Positions 27,780-32,000 of a stretch of DNA of 32,000 bases are shown here, in pieces. Position numbers and translations under genes: made by a program. The stretch is from the NCBI RefSeq assembly GCF_001598795.1, contig NZ_BCZP01000011.1, positions 198,868-230,867 of the forward strand, given 5' to 3'. Positions within the stretch are counted from its first letter, which is position 1. Every line of letters starts with the position of its first letter. The notes beneath the pieces were generated by a model. That model did not search any database. It had not been told where the DNA came from and saw nothing but the letters and a program-made list of their open reading frames with translations. The stretch comes from Delftia acidovorans NBRC 14950 (GTDB lineage: Bacteria > Pseudomonadota > Gammaproteobacteria > Burkholderiales > Burkholderiaceae_C).

Positions 27780-28166
27780 TCAGCCCTCTACGCAAAGCGA
27801 TGTCTCCGGACTGGAAACGCCGTTGCGAACCGAGCCTGGCCGCTCGCCCAGGATGCGGTACAGCTGAGCCCGCTGGAGTCCATATTTGGTCTGCAACTGC
27901 TGGCGGTTGACCCCGTTGAATTCCTGGCGGATGGCTTCGTTGCGCTCCTTCTTGCTGGGCGCGGGCACGTAGATGGCGGCGCCGCGCGTGCCCATGCGCA
28001 TGCCGCCATAGCGCTTTCGCAACCCGCGCAACATGGCCTGGGCAACGGACAAGGCCTGCGGGCCGCTCAGGCCAAGCTCCTGCTCGGCAATCTCCAGCAG
28101 CTCGCACGCCAGCAACTGCGCCGCCGAGTCCTCGGGCGGGCAGACGGATTCAATGGTTGTCGTCAT
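27780..28166 (-). CDS. mor: Mor-family transcriptional activator (phage Mu Mor/C-like)
   Basis: 128 aa from ATG 28166. The C-terminal half, AIYVPAPSKKERNEAIRQEFNGVNRQQLQTKYGLQRAQLYRILGE, aligns with Mu Mor ...VYIPRGQALDSLIRDLRIWNDFNGRNVSELTTRYGVTFNTVYKAIRR (the HTH region), as I recall that sequence. Confidence 0.8.
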   Translation of the reverse strand: MTTTIESVCPPEDSAAQLLACELLEIAEQELGLSGPQALSVAQAMLRGLRKRYGGMRMGTRGAAIYVPAPSKKERNEAIRQEFNGVNRQQLQTKYGLQRAQLYRILGERPGSVRNGVSSPETSLCVEG

Positions 28167-28211
28167 GGTGTGCAACGTCCCGGGTCGGCGACTCCTGCCC
28201 CGAGCCCCGCG

Positions 28212-30695
28212 TCACTGCCCGGAGCCCACATCGCCGGACTCGCCCTTGTCCACGCCGGTGTAGGCCTGCGCGTCCACCCTCTGCCGCTGCACATCCGCTT
28301 CGGCGTGTGGCGCAGCCATGGCGGTGGGCGGGCTGTTGCCAGCAGGCTGCCCGCCCCGCCGCACCCAATCGCGGGCAGGCAGGATGAAGTCCTCGATGAT
28401 CCTGGCGTCGGACATCGCCATGGGCCTGATGGACGGCAGTTGAGCCCGCAGCCGCGAGCGGACCGCCTCGACCGCCTTTCGAACGAACCCCGCCTGCGGC
28501 GACTGCTCGGCCATGGCCGCCAGCACATCCTGGGCGGCGGCACGCCGACCCTCCCGGCCCTCGGCCAGTCCGTGCTCCTGGACCTTCTCACGCACATCGC
28601 GCGGGCGCGCTGCGACGATCTGGTCGAGCACGGCATCCATCCCTTCGCCAAAGGCACCCTGAAGACCATGCTGGCCTAGCGCCTGCCGGTATACGAACCG
28701 CGCAACCTGGGCCGGCGTATGGCTTGCATTGGCAAGCAGGTGGACCTGACCATCGGCATAGAAACCGCGCGGCCCCTGCGTGCCGCCATCGGCCCCGGGT
28801 TCCCGGCCGGCATCACGCATTGCCTGCGCCAGGCGGGGCTCCTTCAGGTCGAACATGACGCGCACCGGAGGTCCCTTGGCCCATGAGGCACTAATGGCAT
28901 CAGCCACCTCTTTCACCTTGCCCATGGAGGCATCAGGCGCCGGGCTTGCACTCTTGTCTGCATCCTGGCGCGAAGCTGGCTGCGCCGCAGCAGGCGCTGT
29001 ATCGGGTGCCGAGGCGCCATCGCCCGCACCGACCTTCACTGCAGCTGGCAACGCGGCGGGCAGTTCTCCGTCCGGACGGGGCCGTTGCGCCGCAGCGGCA
29101 GGCGGCCCGGAGGAGTCCTGTGCACCAGAAGCCTCATCCGCAGTAGGCTCCCCACTCCGCCGCACACCCGGGGCAGGTTGCATGGATGCCTTCTCGCTGC
29201 CCGGCACCGGTGCGCTGTCTTCAGCGACAGGGGCGGCGGGCGCATTCTCGTCGCCCGGTGCACGGACCGTGGCATCCTCCACGGGCGCTGTGCGGTCAGC
29301 CGAGGCGTCCTTGCGTGCAGCCTGCACGGCTTTCCAGTCATCCTGCAGCAATTCCCAGGCAGGCGTACCCCTGCGCAGCCTGCCGATGTTCTCGCCGCGC
29401 TCGGACACGAACTGCAGCCAATTGCGGGCCTGCACCGTGGCTGGGTCGAAGGCTGGCGCATCGCCGTCAGCGAAGGCATCGGCCGGCACTTGCCCGCGCT
29501 GCCTGGCGCCTTGCGGCTTCGCCTCGCCATCGGCTCCATGGCCGGATTCTGCAGGCACCGTGCTGACGGCCTTGTCCGTTCTGGCAGGACCGGCGGAGAT
29601 CTCCATGGAAGCCGGTCCTGCGTCCGCAGGTGCCGGCGATCCGGGATGCGACGGGGTTGCAGATTCCGGGCGGCTGACGGGGAGCGCTGCATCGCCGTCA
29701 CCGCCCGCCTTGCTCCTTTGCGCCTGATGGCGCCTGGCGGCGATGGCGGCGACGCCCGCAGGCGGCAGGCCGCTGACAGCGGCCTCCACCGCCGTGCGTC
29801 CGACATTGCGCGACAACGGCCGCCCATCGACCTCCCCAGCCTGGTGGTTTGTCGCCACCTGGGGCAGTACGTCATCGAGCTGCTTGCCCAGCATCGCTGA
29901 TGCCAGTGCTCCGGTCGCGGCATATCCCCTGCCCGCCAGAGCACGCTCGATGCGGCGCTTGCCAGGCAGCAAGCCGGTCAAGCTGCCTATGGCAGCTGGC
30001 ATCACCGACTTGCCGAGGGCGATCCGTACCGCCTCGTCTTCCGGGACGCTTTGCTTGCGCAGCGTGTCGCGGATCTCTTCGAAGGCCTTTCCACGGGCGC
30101 CTCCCGCATTCATCAGTGCCTCCGTGGCACCTGCCATGGTGGTGCCGGCCGCAGCCGCCAGGGCAGTGCTTCCTCCTGCGGCCAGCGTGGCGATCTGCCC
30201 CACCCTCGACGCGCCAAGGCCCGGGAGCACACTGGGCAGATTCGTGAAGATGAAGCGCGAGATCAGTACGGGGTCCGAGCTGTAGGCCCGCGCTGCCGCG
30301 ATGGATTGTTCGATGATCGAATCCTGGTCCGCCGCGCTGATCACCTTTTCGGCTTCGGCCAGCTTGCGCTGCGTCACGGGGCTTTGTGCCTTGCGCCAAT
30401 GCTCGCCATTGCTGCGGAAAAAATCCGCGACACCGGATGAGGGCGAAAAAAGGTTGACAACGCTGCCCAAGGTTGTATTCACCCCTTCAGCGCTTTGCAC
30501 GCCGGCATCTGCGATCGCCTCACCCCAGCTGCGCTCCTGTGGCTGTGCAGGCGGCTGGGCAGGCACGGGCCGGTAGCGTGCGCCGGCACCGATGCCGGTC
30601 ACATCCATCCCGTCCAGCAATTCGAATGCCTCTGGCTCGTAGGCCCGGCCGCCCGGCTGGTCCAGCCTTTCGCGCTTGTACTTCTTGCTGCTCAT
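28212..30695 (-). CDS. large phage protein of unknown function (827 aa): hydrophobic Gly/Ala-rich N-domain, ~270-aa Ala/Pro/Asp-rich linker, C-terminal globular domain
   Basis: The track ORF 28212..30713 begins at a TTG. I prefer ATG 30695 (MSSKKYKRERLDQ) with AGGGGA 6 nt upstream. See the findings for the domain layout. I recognise no family. Confidence 0.75.
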   Translation of the reverse strand: MSSKKYKRERLDQPGGRAYEPEAFELLDGMDVTGIGAGARYRPVPAQPPAQPQERSWGEAIADAGVQSAEGVNTTLGSVVNLFSPSSGVADFFRSNGEHWRKAQSPVTQRKLAEAEKVISAADQDSIIEQSIAAARAYSSDPVLISRFIFTNLPSVLPGLGASRVGQIATLAAGGSTALAAAAGTTMAGATEALMNAGGARGKAFEEIRDTLRKQSVPEDEAVRIALGKSVMPAAIGSLTGLLPGKRRIERALAGRGYAATGALASAMLGKQLDDVLPQVATNHQAGEVDGRPLSRNVGRTAVEAAVSGLPPAGVAAIAARRHQAQRSKAGGDGDAALPVSRPESATPSHPGSPAPADAGPASMEISAGPARTDKAVSTVPAESGHGADGEAKPQGARQRGQVPADAFADGDAPAFDPATVQARNWLQFVSERGENIGRLRRGTPAWELLQDDWKAVQAARKDASADRTAPVEDATVRAPGDENAPAAPVAEDSAPVPGSEKASMQPAPGVRRSGEPTADEASGAQDSSGPPAAAAQRPRPDGELPAALPAAVKVGAGDGASAPDTAPAAAQPASRQDADKSASPAPDASMGKVKEVADAISASWAKGPPVRVMFDLKEPRLAQAMRDAGREPGADGGTQGPRGFYADGQVHLLANASHTPAQVARFVYRQALGQHGLQGAFGEGMDAVLDQIVAARPRDVREKVQEHGLAEGREGRRAAAQDVLAAMAEQSPQAGFVRKAVEAVRSRLRAQLPSIRPMAMSDARIIEDFILPARDWVRRGGQPAGNSPPTAMAAPHAEADVQRQRVDAQAYTGVDKGESGDVGSGQ

Positions 30696-30772
30696 CTGAT
30701 CCCCTTGTGGCAAGAAGCACAGACTGGCAGGCTTGGCACGACAGGCAGCGGCGCCCGGGCTCCTGAAACGGC

Positions 30773-30794
30773 AAGGCCCGCTGAAGCGGGCCTT
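30773..30794 (-). terminator. GC hairpin between the 350-aa and 827-aa genes (intra-operon attenuator / weak terminator)
   Basis: The minus strand reads AAGGCCCGC-TTCA-GCGGGCCTT followed by GCCGTTTCAGG. The stem is 9 bp and the U-tract is poor. Confidence 0.4.
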
Positions 30795-30823
30795 GGTGGC
30801 TGCATCCCAGGATCAGTGCTGCG

Positions 30824-31876
30824 CTACCTGGAGGCGCCATACGGCAAGCCGCTCGGGACGGTTTCTCGGCTCGGACGCAAGCTGCGTTGGAACTCGCCCT
30901 GGGAATACTGGTACAGTGCCGCCGGGCTGGCCATGGACTTGAGAAGTCCAAGAGCCTCGCCACTGTCCTTAAGAGTGACTGGCGCCGCCTCCCGGCCATT
31001 CAGGTCTGTGCGCTTGATCTGCAAAGCCCCTCCCTGTCCCGCCTCGATGCCGGAAATTTTGTAGCCACTGGGAACGAAGCGGTTGTAGAGCTCCATCAGC
31101 GGGGCATAGTCGCCCACCGCCAGGCCAGCAGCGGCTTTGTCAGATGCCTCCTGACGCCTTTTTGTATCCATCTGGATTTTGATGTGCGACTGCGCCATCA
31201 AATCCTGGGTAGCCTGGTCCGCAGCCTTAAGATGCCCAGCCTGTGTCAGCGCCGCTATACGGCGCTGACTATGGGCAAGGTGGTCGTCCATCGTCGCTTC
31301 GCGTGACTTGCCGCTCTGGTCAATCAACGATGCCTGGAACTGCTTTCGTTGCTCGCCCTCGATGCGCCCCACTTCGTCATCCTGCTGCCATTGCTTCATC
31401 TCTCTAGCCTGGCGTTGGACATCGTGCGCCCCCAGCGTGAGCTGTTGGCGCATCTGCAGGCTGCGCTCAGGGTCGGTACGGCCGATCACGTCGGCCATGG
31501 CCAGCCTGCGCGAGCTGTCCTGCTGCTCGCGGCTCATCGACCCCGCCGAACGCTCGCCCATGAAGTCGGTCACGCCCTGCATGGCGATGGTCTTGGTGTC
31601 GCCCGCATCGTTGCGCGCGACATAGGCCTTCTGTGCGTCGTCAAAGTCGATCTTGTAGCCGTTGGCGACCAGGCCTTCCAGCTCCTTGCCCTGGTCGGCG
31701 GTGTAGCCCGTGGACTCCACGGCGGTGGCACTGGCAATGCCCTTCAAAGCCTCTTTCTGCGCAGCCTGGTCGCGCGCATCGTTCATTTGCTGACCGGCGC
31801 GATAGGCGTCAGCAATGCCCCGCGTAAATTGCTGGCCCTGTGCCAGGCCCGCAGCGAAACCACTTCCCAAATTCAT
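30824..31876 (-). CDS. phage protein of unknown function (350 aa), charged/Gln-rich, probably helical
   Basis: The track ORF 30824..31885 begins at a GTG. ATG 31876 (MNLGSGFAAGLAQGQQF...) has AAGGAG 8 nt upstream and overlaps the upstream stop (ATGA). Confidence 0.75.
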   Translation of the reverse strand: MNLGSGFAAGLAQGQQFTRGIADAYRAGQQMNDARDQAAQKEALKGIASATAVESTGYTADQGKELEGLVANGYKIDFDDAQKAYVARNDAGDTKTIAMQGVTDFMGERSAGSMSREQQDSSRRLAMADVIGRTDPERSLQMRQQLTLGAHDVQRQAREMKQWQQDDEVGRIEGEQRKQFQASLIDQSGKSREATMDDHLAHSQRRIAALTQAGHLKAADQATQDLMAQSHIKIQMDTKRRQEASDKAAAGLAVGDYAPLMELYNRFVPSGYKISGIEAGQGGALQIKRTDLNGREAAPVTLKDSGEALGLLKSMASPAALYQYSQGEFQRSLRPSRETVPSGLPYGASR

Positions 31877-32000
31877 TGTTCGCACTCCTTCAATTCGCTG
31901 TCCAACTCCTGCACCCGGCGCGCCAGTTCGGCGCGGATGGTCTGCAGACTCGCTCGGTACTGCCCCACCTTGTCGGGGTGCAGTTGCTTGAGATAGGCGG
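31873..32000 (-). CDS. C-terminal 41 codons of a phage gene with a J-domain-like HPD motif (5' part outside window)
   Basis: The reverse-strand frame ending at TGA 31875..31873 reads AYLKQLHPDKVGQYRASLQTIRAELARRVQELDSELKECEQ*. YLKQLHPDK resembles the DnaJ J-domain helix II - HPD loop signature. Confidence 0.5.
   Translation of the reverse strand, partial: AYLKQLHPDKVGQYRASLQTIRAELARRVQELDSELKECEQ

Larger units (their letters stand above)
15020..32000 (-). mobile_element. prophage or phage-tail-like element: Mor-family regulator plus siphovirus-type tail operon; continues beyond the window end
   Basis: There are 15 co-directional, tightly packed or overlapping ORFs, including a TP901-type tape measure protein and a Mor-family activator. 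The element abuts core genes (tig) at its low-coordinate end. The boundary must lie between about 14,902 (the tig promoter region) and 15,019. No head, terminase, lysis, integrase or transposase genes are present in the window. Confidence 0.85.

Overview
This is a high-GC (about 65% by eye) proteobacterial chromosome segment. Gene content and order look betaproteobacterial or Comamonadaceae-like, but that is inference only.

Positions 1-14.9 kb are ordinary core genome:
- Divergent class II (fumC, cut by the window start) and class I fumarate hydratases.
- A SAM-methyltransferase / GNAT / murI string.
- A DUF45-type metallopeptidase two-gene operon.
- A minus-strand tRNA cluster (Leu-UAA, four identical Gly-GCC, Cys-GCA), split by the lipoprotein protease gene loiP and a 35-48% GC spacer.
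- The conserved tig-clpP-clpX-lon cluster.

From 15,020 to the window end lies a tightly packed, all-minus-strand phage-derived block. In transcription order it contains:
- Three large genes I cannot assign. One ends in a J-domain-like HPD motif; one carries a ~270-aa Ala/Pro/Asp-rich linker.
- A Mor-family (phage Mu middle/late activator) gene and a 235-bp lower-GC gap with a 9-bp-arm inverted repeat.
- A siphovirus-type tail operon: terminator-like gene, putative tube gene, 932-aa tape measure gene, then eight tail-tip genes whose sizes fit neither the lambda M-L-K-I-J nor the Dit/Tal layout.

No capsid, portal, terminase, lysis, integrase or transposase gene is visible in the window. Whether this is a complete prophage or a tail-only (tailocin-like) element is therefore open. 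I saw no CRISPR array, rRNA, IS element or recognisable defence system.

The most interesting leads are:
- The unassignable three-gene block upstream of mor.
- Mor sitting directly on a tail-only operon.
- The absence of a G/GT chaperone pair between the tube and tape measure genes.
- A clear GC dip marking a swapped receptor-binding module.
- The tail operon reading co-directionally into tig-clpP-clpX-lon with no obvious intrinsic terminator.

All functional calls rest on motif recognition by eye. No database search was run.
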